IMG/VR virus record: IMGVR_UViG_3300042401_001747 | DNA: 64,000 nt | From: a virus | Strand: one strand, 5' to 3' | Notes under the pieces: model-generated | Seen by the model: the letters and a program-made list of their open reading frames with translations, nothing else | Told to the model about the DNA's origin: nothing | Database searches by the model: none | Position numbers and translations under genes: made by a program | Part shown: piece after piece, positions 1-9,898 of the stretch | Position numbering within the stretch: the first letter of the stretch is position 1 | Layout: every line of letters starts with the position of its first letter

Positions 1-2
1 GG

Positions 3-1508
3 GGTATCTGGACAGTTGCTGCGAATACGTCTTATTTACTTAATGATTACATGTTTACTGGAAGCAACCCGGTTACTACTGGGTACGGCCCTGTCCGTTT
101 CAAGGTATACGCAATGACTGGTCCGTGTGCAGGTGTTGGTAGCGGTTCCTGTATGTATGGGCCGAGTACTAGTGCGGATGCGGATGTTGTCGAACCAGTT
201 TCATCTACAACTACCAGTAGTAGTACATCAGTAGTGCCCACAACGACCACAAGCACAACAGTAGTTTTCCCATTTATCAATAATACAACAACTACCGAAC
301 CAGGTGTTGTTCCTCCTCCTGTTGAAACAATTCCAACAGACAACACCACTGTTTCAATTCCAGAAACAGAAACACCAATTTCACCAACTACTACAACCGT
401 TATTGAAACAATATTTAACCCACCAGTGGAGGTAACCCCAGTTGAGACACCCGCGAGCGAAGGTAACTCCGAAGGTGATGGACCCGCCGCCTCGGTACCA
501 CAATATGCCCCAGAACAAGAGACAACAACACAAACGGATGAACCGGCGATAGTTGTTCCAGCAGATACCCAAGATGCAGCTGATGCTGCAGTTGCGGATA
601 TTTTTGACGGCCCTATGTCTGATGCAGGACTTGCAAATGCAGTTGACGATTTGGTTGCAGATGCCGGAACACCAGAACAACTAACCGCTGTTGTTAACTC
701 ACTTCTTGACCAAGAACTTTCAGATACTCAGTTTGCTACCGTAATTGAATCGGTGTTTGATGGACCTATGTCTAACGAGAACTTTGCCGCTGCCGTAGAT
801 GCCGTATTTGAAGACCCAACTCAACTGTCCGACGCACAGTTTGAAGACGCGGTTGTGGCCGTATTTGACGGTCCATTGTCTAATGCTCAGTTTGAAGACG
901 CAGTAGAAGCCGTCTTTGAAGACACAAAGTCTCTTAGTGACGAGCAGTTTGACGCTGCAGTGCAGGCAGTGTTTGACGAGCCACTTACTACGGAACAATT
1001 CACCGAAGCTCTTACTGCCGTCTTTGACGAACCAATTACTGATGAGAAGTTTGACGCAATCATTGATGCTGTTTTAGACGAGCCACTTACTGGTGAGCAG
1101 TTTGAAGAACTGGTTAATGTCTTGGAATCAGAAACCGTTACCGAAGAACAGGTTGCGGCTGCAGTTGATTCAGTTATTGAAAACGGAGTTACGGAAGACC
1201 AAGCAGTCGACCTTGCCACCAGCGAAAAGGTCTTGCAGAGCGTTGACGGAGACCAGGCAGCAGAAATCTTTGATGCGGTTGAAATAACTAACGTCACGCC
1301 CGAAGACGCAGAACAACTTGTCAATGCGGTCCAGGACGCACCTGTCGAAGTAAAAGAATCATTCGAAGCCGAAATCAATATATTCGAGGGACCAGTTGAC
1401 ACCTATGTGCCTCTTGGTTCTTCGATTCCTGTTAGCGGTCGTCGTGTCATAATTGGTATTGGGACTGCTGTTTTGTTTTCTGTACCGCCAACAACTAGGA
1501 GAAAATAA
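3..1508 (+). CDS. Acidic repeat surface/virion protein (5' end outside window): Thr/Pro-rich linker, ~9 helical 17-19 aa repeats, C-terminal hydrophobic and basic tail
   Basis: Frame is open from position 3 (GIWTVAANTSYLLNDY-M). Repeats of the type AVFDEPLSDEQFDAAVQ. Ends VIIGIGTAVLFSVPPTTRRK. Confidence 0.75.
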   Translation, partial: GIWTVAANTSYLLNDYMFTGSNPVTTGYGPVRFKVYAMTGPCAGVGSGSCMYGPSTSADADVVEPVSSTTTSSSTSVVPTTTTSTTVVFPFINNTTTTEPGVVPPPVETIPTDNTTVSIPETETPISPTTTTVIETIFNPPVEVTPVETPASEGNSEGDGPAASVPQYAPEQETTTQTDEPAIVVPADTQDAADAAVADIFDGPMSDAGLANAVDDLVADAGTPEQLTAVVNSLLDQELSDTQFATVIESVFDGPMSNENFAAAVDAVFEDPTQLSDAQFEDAVVAVFDGPLSNAQFEDAVEAVFEDTKSLSDEQFDAAVQAVFDEPLTTEQFTEALTAVFDEPITDEKFDAIIDAVLDEPLTGEQFEELVNVLESETVTEEQVAAAVDSVIENGVTEDQAVDLATSEKVLQSVDGDQAAEIFDAVEITNVTPEDAEQLVNAVQDAPVEVKESFEAEINIFEGPVDTYVPLGSSIPVSGRRVIIGIGTAVLFSVPPTTRRK

Positions 1509-1675
1509 TGTTTAAAAACTTTAAGGACGGCGTAAGCGACCTTGCTTGGACCATAGGTGGTACAGGTCTTGTCTTGATTACGTTAAGTGGAGACACTCAA
1601 AAGTGGGGACTATGGATATCTGGAATATCTTTGTTCGTTTATGGCATAGGTCTTGCATTAAAAAAAGAAGATTAA
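1508..1675 (+). CDS. Small two-TM membrane protein (55 aa, holin-like)
   Basis: Manual translation MFKNFKDGVSDLAWTIGGTGLVLITLSGDTQKWGLWISGISLFVYGIGLALKKED. ATG overlaps the upstream TAA and the gene lies next to the endolysin. Confidence 0.65.
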   Translation: MFKNFKDGVSDLAWTIGGTGLVLITLSGDTQKWGLWISGISLFVYGIGLALKKED

Positions 1676-1715
1676 AGTGTAAAATTGTTGAGTTCGCAAA
1701 TTATACGGAGGGCAC

Positions 1716-2246
1716 ATGCCAAGAAAGTATTCCTATTACCCAAGTTTTGATGGAAAAAAAGCCCAAGAGGGCACCCTAAAACTCGTTGAACTCTGTGGGA
1801 AAAGATGGAAAGCCACGAATTTGGGGATTTATTCCCCCAGATTGATGCGCAACTCTCACACTGTTGGCAAGAAGATTGGCGACCCAGGTATGGAGAAGTT
1901 CCTGAGCGTTCACGCAACTGGAGCCGCATGTGACGTTGGCTACACAGACCGCAAAGTTGGTCTTGAAATGTACAACTGGCTTCTCAAGTACACCAAAGAA
2001 CTTGGTATTGAAGAAATCCACGACTACGCATTTGATGCCAATGCAAAAGATGGAAAGCCCGGCTATGGAAGAGGCTTCAGGTGCTCTCGCGGTGAGGGCG
2101 AGGCTGGGGTAAAAATTTATAACGAAAAAGATAACGCTGGAAGTTTCGGCGGTAAGTGGTTGCATTTAGAACTTTCACCAGAAATGGCAAAAGACGCAGC
2201 AAAGTTTGAAGCAGCGTGGCGCGCCCTTCCAAAGCCTGGTGCATGA
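1716..2246 (+). CDS. Endolysin-like Zn peptidase, M15/LAS family
   Basis: SVHATGAACD matches SxHxxGxAxD; C-terminal WLHLE supplies the third Zn ligand; GGAGGG RBS. Confidence 0.75.
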   Translation: MPRKYSYYPSFDGKKAQEGTLKLVELCGKRWKATNLGIYSPRLMRNSHTVGKKIGDPGMEKFLSVHATGAACDVGYTDRKVGLEMYNWLLKYTKELGIEEIHDYAFDANAKDGKPGYGRGFRCSRGEGEAGVKIYNEKDNAGSFGGKWLHLELSPEMAKDAAKFEAAWRALPKPGA

Positions 2247-2252
2247 TTTGCA

Positions 2253-2480
2253 ATGGAAGCAATTACAGTTGCTCTCATCACGGTAGTCGGTGCCGTACTA
2301 GTTGCCCTTGTTGAAAAAGGACGACGCGAAAACAAATCTGACCATGGAGTTGTTTCAGAAAAGCTTGACATTATTGGCAAAAGTCTTGGAAGGTCAATCG
2401 ACCGTGTTGAAGAGACCGTTGTTCGTAACGAAGTAAAGCTTGACCAACATATTCGTGACCATGTAAAAGGGAACGTGTAA
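2253..2480 (+). CDS. Membrane protein with one N-terminal TM and a coiled coil (lysis-associated)
   Basis: Hydrophobic N-terminus; directly downstream of the endolysin. Confidence 0.65.
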   Translation: MEAITVALITVVGAVLVALVEKGRRENKSDHGVVSEKLDIIGKSLGRSIDRVEETVVRNEVKLDQHIRDHVKGNV

Positions 2481-2598
2481 TGCGTACTGTTTCTTTTTTT
2501 GCCGGACTACTGATTGTTGGCGCGGTGGCTTTGGCTTCTTTGCTCGCTGTCGTGTGGATTGAGGCTGTAAAAATCAGCAATAGAGATAGTGAAATATA

Positions 2599-2808
2599 AT
2601 GGCTCCCAAAAAACCCGCCAAACCAGTAGCAGGACAAATCAAGCAAATAGTTCAGGACCCAGCCATATACGGCACTCAAGTTCTGTTTCTTGGTTCTAAA
2701 GGTTCCTCTTCTATCTGTGCCAAATGCGGCAAGTCAACAACTAGAGGAATGATTCGCATAAAAAACGAAAAAAATTATTGTTCAAAAGGATGTGCTTTTT
2801 CGTCATAA
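2599..2808 (+). CDS. Small Zn-finger protein
   Basis: CAKC...YCSKGC. Confidence 0.55.
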   Translation: MAPKKPAKPVAGQIKQIVQDPAIYGTQVLFLGSKGSSSICAKCGKSTTRGMIRIKNEKNYCSKGCAFSS

Positions 2809-2859
2809 AAGCAATACCTAAAAACATGGGCCAGGGGATTGGCTCTAAATGGAGAGAAA

Positions 2860-3189
2860 ATGAAAAAAGAATTATTTCTAAATATCATAATGCGCATTTT
2901 TGCTACCTTTGCTGCATCTGGTCTTGGAGTAATTGGTGCCGGAACAATTGCCGGAGTACCTGTCTGGAAATCAATATTTATGGCTGGCATCGCCGGCGTA
3001 GCTACCGTTGTCGAGGGACTCTCGCGTGCCTTCCTTGATGACGGCAAACTGACAGCAAAAGAAATAAATGCTGTCTTTTCTCGTTTCGACAAAAAAGGCT
3101 CGGCTGTCACCGAAGAAGAGATTGACAACCATGAGCAGAACGTTATTAAGAAAAGAACGGCTATCAAAGATACTTCTGCCTCAGTGTAA
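2860..3189 (+). CDS. Putative holin (2 TM plus charged tail)
   Basis: Two hydrophobic helices followed by LDDGKLTAKEIN; GGAGAG RBS. Confidence 0.6.
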   Translation: MKKELFLNIIMRIFATFAASGLGVIGAGTIAGVPVWKSIFMAGIAGVATVVEGLSRAFLDDGKLTAKEINAVFSRFDKKGSAVTEEEIDNHEQNVIKKRTAIKDTSASV

Positions 3190-3272
3190 GGAAGAATGGT
3201 AAATTGGGTTTAGGCCTTGCCGACCGTAAAGGGATGCGGTGATTTTTTCAAATTTATCCGAATTGACTTACC

Positions 3273-3617
3273 ATGAGTAGACACGAAGAGCTTCAACAGG
3301 TGTGGCACAACGATGGCCACAAGATTGAACTAAGAATCAACAAAGCTGAGCTAGAAGTTCTTTCCACGATTTGTCCCCACGAAGACAGTTCTCCATGTAA
3401 AAACATGGCTGGTGATTGTGTGGTGACCTGGTTTATAGACCGTTTTGGGATGGAGTGCAATGGAGGCATATGTCCTCCTGCTGAGTTCATTGAAATATCA
3501 TGGACAACTGTAGGGGATATCAACAATTTTGATTCCTGCCAAGTTTGGTTTATGCCATTGACTGATGACATCTTTAGCGCGTGGATGATTTCTAACTCAA
3601 TGGAAGAACTGGAATAG
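3273..3617 (+). CDS. Hypothetical Cys-rich protein
   Basis: ATG-initiated 114-aa ORF that tiles with its neighbours. Confidence 0.6.
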   Translation: MSRHEELQQVWHNDGHKIELRINKAELEVLSTICPHEDSSPCKNMAGDCVVTWFIDRFGMECNGGICPPAEFIEISWTTVGDINNFDSCQVWFMPLTDDIFSAWMISNSMEELE

Positions 3618-4116
3618 GTTTATTCTTTTTTCTTTTTGTTGAGGCAATATTCTTGACTCTGTTTCTCTCTATGAATCTTGCATAGATTTCATCAAGTACC
3701 TTCTCTTCAGCATCTAAGACTTTGTCGTCCATTGGGAGACCTAGGTTAGAAGAAGCAGAAAGTCGTTCCTGAGCAAGTATTGTGAACTTCGCGCCTATCT
3801 CTTGCCTCATCTTGATTCTGTGCTCAGAGACGGCCTCCACCATGGCTCTCGTGCCATCTGGGGTAATTGTGTATAAACCGATTCTTTTAAAGTTTTCGTC
3901 TTTCAATGAACCAATTCGTTCGATTAATTTCTTAGTTAGAAGCTCGGTAATAGTTCTCCCAGAAAGTTCTATGTTTCTTTCATTGGGTCTAAAAAGGCCT
4001 GCCAGGCAGTCCGCCAAAGAGCGAGACGTAAATCCTTTAGCCCCTTTCATCTTCGCGTACGAGAGTGCTTTGTATTGCCTCGATGAATAACTAAGTAGAA
4101 CTTTTTCATGACTCAT
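3592..4116 (-). CDS. Hypothetical protein, possible winged helix
   Basis: ELLTKKLIER...LYTITPDG wing-like pattern. Confidence 0.55.
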   Translation of the reverse strand: MSHEKVLLSYSSRQYKALSYAKMKGAKGFTSRSLADCLAGLFRPNERNIELSGRTITELLTKKLIERIGSLKDENFKRIGLYTITPDGTRAMVEAVSEHRIKMRQEIGAKFTILAQERLSASSNLGLPMDDKVLDAEEKVLDEIYARFIERNRVKNIASTKRKKNKPIPVLPLS

Positions 4117-4131
4117 TAGCTGAGTATCGTA

Positions 4132-4569
4132 TTAGAAAACTTCTTCTTCTGCAACTTCAGGACGCGTGCTGTCTTTATTTATTTCCGTGATAGCAGACAA
4201 TAAGTTACGTATATCAGGCTGGTTTGTTATTAATTTTTTATTACAACGATAGACATTTTGTCGATTGACTTTTGTCTTTGTAATTAGCCCTGCATTTATA
4301 AGGCTTTTAAGAGTTTTGTCAATCATGGTTTCACTTAAATCAAGATAAACCGAAATTGCCCTTATCGTCATCTCCTGGTCTTGCATGATTGAAATCAATA
4401 CTCTTCCCGAAGTAGACAAGAGACTGACCTCGTGTTCCTGGTGATAGCGGAGTATTTTCTTGGTGTCAAGAGCTTGCATCACTTTTTCAATAGCAACGTC
4501 GCTTTCTTCCCCTTTGGACAGCGCGTCTTCAAGCGCCTTTTTTATTTCATTGATTTTCTGAGACCTCAT
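4132..4569 (-). CDS. Winged-HTH DNA-binding protein (MarR/ArsR-like)
   Basis: MTIRAISVYLDLSETMIDKTLKSLINAGLITKTK pattern. Confidence 0.7.
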   Translation of the reverse strand: MRSQKINEIKKALEDALSKGEESDVAIEKVMQALDTKKILRYHQEHEVSLLSTSGRVLISIMQDQEMTIRAISVYLDLSETMIDKTLKSLINAGLITKTKVNRQNVYRCNKKLITNQPDIRNLLSAITEINKDSTRPEVAEEEVF

Positions 4570-4688
4570 GAGATACCTGTACCTGCGTAGTCTGATGGTG
4601 TAGTGTGTGCGATAACGGTGTGACCGCAATTGAGAACACTACTTAAAAAAATGACCACGACAGTGACAATAGCAGATAAAGGGAAACC

Positions 4689-4973
4689 ATGCTCAGTGAT
4701 AGCCTCCAAAAATTAATGAAAAGCCCCACTGGTACAGGAAGGGACTGCAAGCTCGGAATGATTATTAATTCTTTAGATAAAGAAACTTCCGAAGTATTGA
4801 CAGAAGCCTTAAGCAGCAACGCTTCCACGATGGGTTTGGTACGAGCATTAAAAGAAGAGGGAATCTACCTGAGTAGGGAATACTTGGGGGAAAAGAGAAC
4901 CCAGTGCTTTAAGGGTTCTGGAAGCAGCGCTTGTTGTTTAAATTCAGTTGACAAAAAAGAAAAGAAAAAATAA
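4689..4973 (+). CDS. Hypothetical protein
   Basis: AAGGGA RBS; stop overlaps the start of the next gene. Confidence 0.65.
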   Translation: MLSDSLQKLMKSPTGTGRDCKLGMIINSLDKETSEVLTEALSSNASTMGLVRALKEEGIYLSREYLGEKRTQCFKGSGSSACCLNSVDKKEKKK

Positions 4974-6175
4974 TGGCTGTCGATAAAGAAAATCTAAAAT
5001 CAAACCTTAAAGGTCTTGCCAAAGAGCAGAACAGTAAAAAGACCCTAAATGACATTGCTGCAATGCTCGAAAGAAAGGGTATTGACCCTAGTGAGGTTGG
5101 CTCTATTCAAAAGGTCTCCCTGTATCAGTCGGTCACAAAGAACCCAGATACAGGCGAAGCAATCGTCCATGACCTCCAGGCGATTCAATTTAGTCCTAGC
5201 TGGGACTCCGGACCGCAGTGGCCCCTTATGGAACAAGGGCCAAAAATACAACTACAAAAGCCAAGGACAAAATCGAACCCACCAAAACAGTGGGAAGTGG
5301 CAGTTATCGTACCTGATATACAAATAGGTTTCTATCGCAAATCCCTTGATTCTGTTGAGCTGGAGCCAATTCATGACGAAGCAGCAATAGCTGTTGCCTT
5401 GGGAGTCATTGAAGAGATGAACCCAGACCAGGTCATTATGGTTGGAGACAACTTGGACTTCGCCGAATTTGGTAAATATCTTACAGCTGCACCCTTCAAG
5501 CAGATGGTTCAGGCATCCATAGACAGGGCAACCATGCTTTGTGCTCAAATACGTGCGGCTGCACCAAGAGCAAAAATCACATGGATTGCAGGAAACCATG
5601 AAGCCCGCATGGCTCGGTATATACAAACTAACGCAGAAGCGTCTTTCGGTATAACCAGAGGTAGAGCAAATGACGAACTCCGTGAGGGTTGGCCTGTCCT
5701 GTCTGTTCCGTTTTTGTGCAGAATGGACGAATTTGGTGTCGACTACCTTCCGGGATACCCAGAATCAGCTCACTACATCAACTCAAACCTCATGATTGTT
5801 CACGGTGACAAGGTTGTTTCAAACAACTCAACCACCAAGAAGTATCTGGACAACGAACGAATTTCAGTGATATACGGACACATCCACAGAAACGAGCTGG
5901 CTTATCGTACTTATCGCACAGACCAAGGACCACGCACCATCATGGCAGCCAGCCCTGGTTGTCTCTGCAGAGTAGATGGCGCTGTTCCTTCCACGAAATC
6001 TGGAATGGATGAATTCGGTAGACCACTACTCCAAGGAGCCGAGAACTGGCAACAAGGACTGGGCATTGTTACCTATCAGCCTTATGGTCAGGGTAACGAA
6101 TGGTTCAACTACGAGCCAATGTGGATATACAACGGTCGAGGCATCTTTAGAGGCAAAGAGTACGTCGCAGAATGA
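4973..6175 (+). CDS. Calcineurin-like metallophosphoesterase
   Basis: Motifs PDIQ, GDNLD, GNHE, HGD and GHIHR in canonical order. Confidence 0.85.
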   Translation: MAVDKENLKSNLKGLAKEQNSKKTLNDIAAMLERKGIDPSEVGSIQKVSLYQSVTKNPDTGEAIVHDLQAIQFSPSWDSGPQWPLMEQGPKIQLQKPRTKSNPPKQWEVAVIVPDIQIGFYRKSLDSVELEPIHDEAAIAVALGVIEEMNPDQVIMVGDNLDFAEFGKYLTAAPFKQMVQASIDRATMLCAQIRAAAPRAKITWIAGNHEARMARYIQTNAEASFGITRGRANDELREGWPVLSVPFLCRMDEFGVDYLPGYPESAHYINSNLMIVHGDKVVSNNSTTKKYLDNERISVIYGHIHRNELAYRTYRTDQGPRTIMAASPGCLCRVDGAVPSTKSGMDEFGRPLLQGAENWQQGLGIVTYQPYGQGNEWFNYEPMWIYNGRGIFRGKEYVAE

Positions 6176-6414
6176 GCAACGAACATTCAGGAGAATACGA
6201 GACATACACTCCAGAAGACCTATATAGGGACATGGAGGGCTTGCGTAAAGCGGGAATCATTGAAGTCACGGGTATCGCCGAAGACGGACAGTGGTTGTAT
6301 AGCATGACCGAAGAAGGCAAAGGTCTGTACGAAGAGATGAAAAAGGGCGACCTTGAGGCACTCTTGAGAATCTTTGAAAGAATCGCCGAAATAGAAGACG
6401 AAGAGAACGACTAA
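6172..6414 (+). CDS. Small winged-helix-like hypothetical protein (paralog of 49821-50015)
   Basis: ATGA overlap with the upstream gene; similar to the distal copy. Confidence 0.7.
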   Translation: MSNEHSGEYETYTPEDLYRDMEGLRKAGIIEVTGIAEDGQWLYSMTEEGKGLYEEMKKGDLEALLRIFERIAEIEDEEND

Positions 6415-6418
6415 AAAA

Positions 6419-7051
6419 ATGACAACCGTAGTAGGAATACAAGGAGAAGGATACGCCGTTATTGCGGCAGACACACGTATTACCTCCTTTTCCGATGACG
6501 GACCGGCTTATCACATGACTAGCCTGGGTTCAGGGACTTCAAAGATAGCAACAAACGGCAAATACTTAATCGGTACAGCCGGAGACCTAAGAGCAATTAA
6601 TCTCTTAACTCACGCATTCGCTCCTCCTATAGTGCCGGCAGGTACAAAAGGCAAGAAGCTCGACCAGTTTATTACAGTTAAATTTATACCAGCAATGAGA
6701 GCCTGCTTTGACCTTCATGGCTATTCTCCACCAGAGAACAAAGAGAACAAGGAACACATAGCAGAACAGGGTTCAACTCTCCTGCTAGTAGTCAATGCAA
6801 CTATCTACGTTATAGACAGTGACTATTCCTGGCTCAATGACTCAACAGGACACTATGCGGTAGGCAGTGGTTCGGAATACGCCCTTGGAGCGATAAGCGC
6901 CCTAACTGGCGGAAAGAAACTATCCTCCACACAGGCAAAAAGCGTATGCCTGAAGGCTCTGGGAATCTCGGCAAGACTAGACCCCCATACCGGTTCACCG
7001 TTTCATACATACGTCCAGACAACGGAACCTAAATCGCCGGCCTCAAAATGA
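6419..7051 (+). CDS. Ntn-hydrolase peptidase, HslV/proteasome beta-subunit family
   Basis: N-terminal M-TT (catalytic Thr1), AADTR, SKI, GTAGD, AVGSGSEYALG. Confidence 0.85.
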   Translation: MTTVVGIQGEGYAVIAADTRITSFSDDGPAYHMTSLGSGTSKIATNGKYLIGTAGDLRAINLLTHAFAPPIVPAGTKGKKLDQFITVKFIPAMRACFDLHGYSPPENKENKEHIAEQGSTLLLVVNATIYVIDSDYSWLNDSTGHYAVGSGSEYALGAISALTGGKKLSSTQAKSVCLKALGISARLDPHTGSPFHTYVQTTEPKSPASK

Positions 7052-7278
7052 GCGAAACTACATGGACTTGGCTCCTGTTCCTGATGGAACTAGTCGGAGT
7101 ATACGGAAGCTATACAGTAGGGAACAAGAAATGGCATGGGCATATGATTGTTGCCCTTCACTCATTCCCTTGGGCTATCTACTCAATCATCTTCGACAAA
7201 CCAGGCTTTCTGGCTATGTGGGTCCTATGGCAATGGGTTCACTGGCGCAACATGCTTAAATGGAAAAACAGAGACTAA
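7048..7278 (+). CDS. Small multi-TM membrane protein
   Basis: Trp-rich hydrophobic 76 aa; ATGA overlap. Confidence 0.6.
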   Translation: MSETTWTWLLFLMELVGVYGSYTVGNKKWHGHMIVALHSFPWAIYSIIFDKPGFLAMWVLWQWVHWRNMLKWKNRD

Positions 7279-7455
7279 ATGGCCATCGGTAGCGAACCCG
7301 AACTAGGCAAGAACTTCACTGTCTGGAAAGACATGTCTGAGCAAGACAGGGTTGACTGGTTCAAGTACATGAACGACAACTGGGGAAAATACCTTCAGGC
7401 CGGATACGCAACCCTCGTTCATGACAAAAACAACCGTTTCTACAAGAAACAATAA
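7279..7455 (+). CDS. Hypothetical protein (58 aa)
   Basis: Manual translation MAIGSEPELGKNFTVWKDMSEQDRVDWFKY...; abuts the upstream stop. Confidence 0.55.
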   Translation: MAIGSEPELGKNFTVWKDMSEQDRVDWFKYMNDNWGKYLQAGYATLVHDKNNRFYKKQ

Positions 7456-7899
7456 TCTTTCTTTACCAAGCTTTGCTTTAGATAAATTTATCTGCCCTAA
7501 GAGTCCTTATTGACTATGGACCGTATGTCAGAGTAACAAGCATGCAGAGCCTCGGAAACTGTTTTCTTCGTCCCTGAACCAGAGACTAATACGGTGTTCT
7601 TCTCGCGCGCCCATGCATTACACATCCAGCTTTGACCAATATGAAGCAACTCAAAGTCCATATTCATTAGCTCAAACCACTTTGTGTACTGGTCTATGTC
7701 GTGTGAGGTATTTAGGGATGGTTCTTGTGAGTGTCCGTATGTAACTGGCATAAGGTAAGTATTGCACAACTGGCTTCACGAAGCTGAATATACAGACAAA
7801 ACTAAACGTCGCAGAATTCCTTCCACGTTGTCAAATTCCGCATAAGGCTCAAACTCTCCCTAGAGAGAGAACACCTAGTAGTAGAGAACCCCCTACCGT

Positions 7900-8052
7900 T
7901 TACCCGTGCTTCTTCAGGTGAGCAGCAATTGCGTCTTTGATTACCTTTGAGTTGGATACTTCTTGTTTTCCTGCAAGCTTAGCAATCCCATCCAGTGTCT
8001 CTTGATTAAGCCTGAAGGTTATGCGTGGGTATTCTGTTTCTGTTTTTGTCAT
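7900..8052 (-). CDS. Ribbon-helix-helix (CopG-like) protein
   Basis: Manual translation MTKTETEYPRITFRLNQETLDGIAKLAGKQEVSNSKVIKDAIAAHLKKHG. Confidence 0.65.
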   Translation of the reverse strand: MTKTETEYPRITFRLNQETLDGIAKLAGKQEVSNSKVIKDAIAAHLKKHG

Positions 8053-8189
8053 ACCTGCAGTATAACCAGTTATTCAAAAGTCTGACAACCTACAAAAAAC
8101 ACAAAAAATACTAGACAGGCACGCCTACACATATATGAGGCAGAATATATAAAGAAGCGAAATAAAGCAACATTTCCATAGGAGCACTA

Positions 8190-8540
8190 GTGTCAAGTTC
8201 TGAAGAACAACCACAACAAAAATTACCCAATAAAAATACAGAACCTACATTGGGACTTGCTATACCTCGTAAAGATTGGTTTAGCCTTGCTAGTTGCAAA
8301 GGAAAAACAGAACTCATGTTCCCCAAACAACATAAGGACATTACATACATTGCACAAGCAAGAGCCATATGTAAAACGTGTCCGGTAAAAAATGAGTGTC
8401 TTGAGTATGCACTGGAGTTCCCGGCGGCAGATATGCATGGGGTATGGGCCGGACTAACTAGCAGACAGCTAGCCGCAGAGCAAAGAAGACGAAAGATAAA
8501 AGCCGTCCGACCAACGCTCGCACAAATGTGGGGAAACTGA
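8190..8540 (+). CDS. whiB: WhiB-family Fe-S transcription factor
   Basis: W...ASC...ICKTCPVKNEC...GVWAGL: four Cys plus a G(V/I)WxG turn. Confidence 0.92.
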   Translation: MSSSEEQPQQKLPNKNTEPTLGLAIPRKDWFSLASCKGKTELMFPKQHKDITYIAQARAICKTCPVKNECLEYALEFPAADMHGVWAGLTSRQLAAEQRRRKIKAVRPTLAQMWGN

Positions 8541-8714
8541 AATGGTGACGTTTATAATCCTGGGAGCTGTATTTGCCTGGATACTCTGGTGGAGTTCATA
8601 AAGGGCAAAAAAAGGTCAAAATGTTTAGCCGCGCCCGGTTTTTTCATTTTTTAGAAAATTTTGTAATTACTAATTGCTAATTGTCAATAGTTGCGAGCAC
8701 AACTACTTTCGGTT

Positions 8715-9059
8715 TTACTGGATGCGAATATTACAAGTCTCACAAAAAGACATGTTATTTAATTGGGTAATTTTTTTATCGCACTGCTTTTTGCCACAGG
8801 GTTCGAACATATGTTCGCCCCGGATGTAGGACACGATTGTTTCTTCTATTGTTGGAATAGAGAATTGTGCGGAGCCGGCGCTGGGGATTCCTTTTTCTGT
8901 ACGGATGAAATCCCATACGGCATACAGCACAACGTCATTGACTGATAGTCCCTTCTTGCGGGCATAGTCAATTATCTCGTTTTTTTGTTTGCCCTTCATT
9001 CGTACGTTCAGAATGACGTACTTATCTACAAAGCGGGTCTTCTCTGCTTTGCGGCCCAC
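8715..9059 (-). CDS. RHH-like DNA-binding protein with C-terminal Zn ribbon
   Basis: LNVRM...IIDYARKKGLSVNDVV; PCGKKQC...CETC. Confidence 0.6.
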   Translation of the reverse strand: MGRKAEKTRFVDKYVILNVRMKGKQKNEIIDYARKKGLSVNDVVLYAVWDFIRTEKGIPSAGSAQFSIPTIEETIVSYIRGEHMFEPCGKKQCDKKITQLNNMSFCETCNIRIQ

Positions 9060-9060
9060 T

Positions 9061-9231
9061 TCAGACTGCGCTGTCGCGCTCCACTAGAGCTTTGATGTAG
9101 TCGGTGAGGGTCAGGTCTACTGCCTGGGATTGGTGAATGAGTTTTTGTTTGAACTCTTTATTGACGCGCAGTGTGAGGGTTACTACAGGTTTGGTTGGCT
9201 CGGATACAGGGCGGCCAGGGTTTCGCTTCAT
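9061..9231 (-). CDS. Small RHH protein with N-terminal GRP (AT-hook-like) motif
   Basis: Manual translation MKRNPGRPVSEPTKPVVTLTLRVNKEFKQKLIHQSQAVDLTLTDYIKALVERDSAV. Confidence 0.6.
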   Translation of the reverse strand: MKRNPGRPVSEPTKPVVTLTLRVNKEFKQKLIHQSQAVDLTLTDYIKALVERDSAV

Positions 9232-9403
9232 ACAGCGAATTTACTGCAATACGAAAGTCCTCATTGTAAGTACGATAAAAATTATTACTACCGCACGGAA
9301 TACAAAACTAAAAGGGGAGTACGCAAGTTTGTATATTAAAGTTGTGGATATTAAAAAGGCAATTATTTTAAACAGATTCATTTAGGTTCTTTTTGTTGGG
9401 TCA

Positions 9404-9898
9404 CTATTGTTGGGTAATCTTTTTTGGAGGCGGGTCTGGAACGGCGTACTTGTCTTGTTCTAACTCAGCCACCACCTTCTCGTACGCCTGAGAGAAAACC
9501 GCACGGTCAGAGTTGGTGTGGAGGTTATATGCAGACTGACCCATTGCCTTAATGGTGCCGGCGAGAGCAGCTGACACTTCTATCGATGGAGGCATACCGG
9601 AATTAACCTCCTGGGATAGGGTAATCCATTTACCCCAAGCAATAATAGGGTCATCAAAAGGGGGCACTTTAGTTGTGGTATCTATTGTTACCTTTCTTAT
9701 TTCGCCTGGGCGCGGCATGAACTCTCTGGTTACCGCCATCTTGCGAAACGCCCTCTTGGCGTCTTGCAGGTCCAGGTCATGTAGTAGCTCGTACCAAGCA
9801 TTGAGGGTGGTTGTTAAGTCTCCCTCTTTGTTTGGTAGCTCGGCTCTATAGGTGGCGTACACCTGGTCTACCAATTCGACAAGTTCTTCTTTGGTCAT
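9404..9898 (-). CDS. Replicative helicase loader/inhibitor (SPP1 G39P-like)
   Basis: AWYELLHDL...FMPRPGEIR pattern; follows an initiator-like gene. Confidence 0.65.
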   Translation of the reverse strand: MTKEELVELVDQVYATYRAELPNKEGDLTTTLNAWYELLHDLDLQDAKRAFRKMAVTREFMPRPGEIRKVTIDTTTKVPPFDDPIIAWGKWITLSQEVNSGMPPSIEVSAALAGTIKAMGQSAYNLHTNSDRAVFSQAYEKVVAELEQDKYAVPDPPPKKITQQ

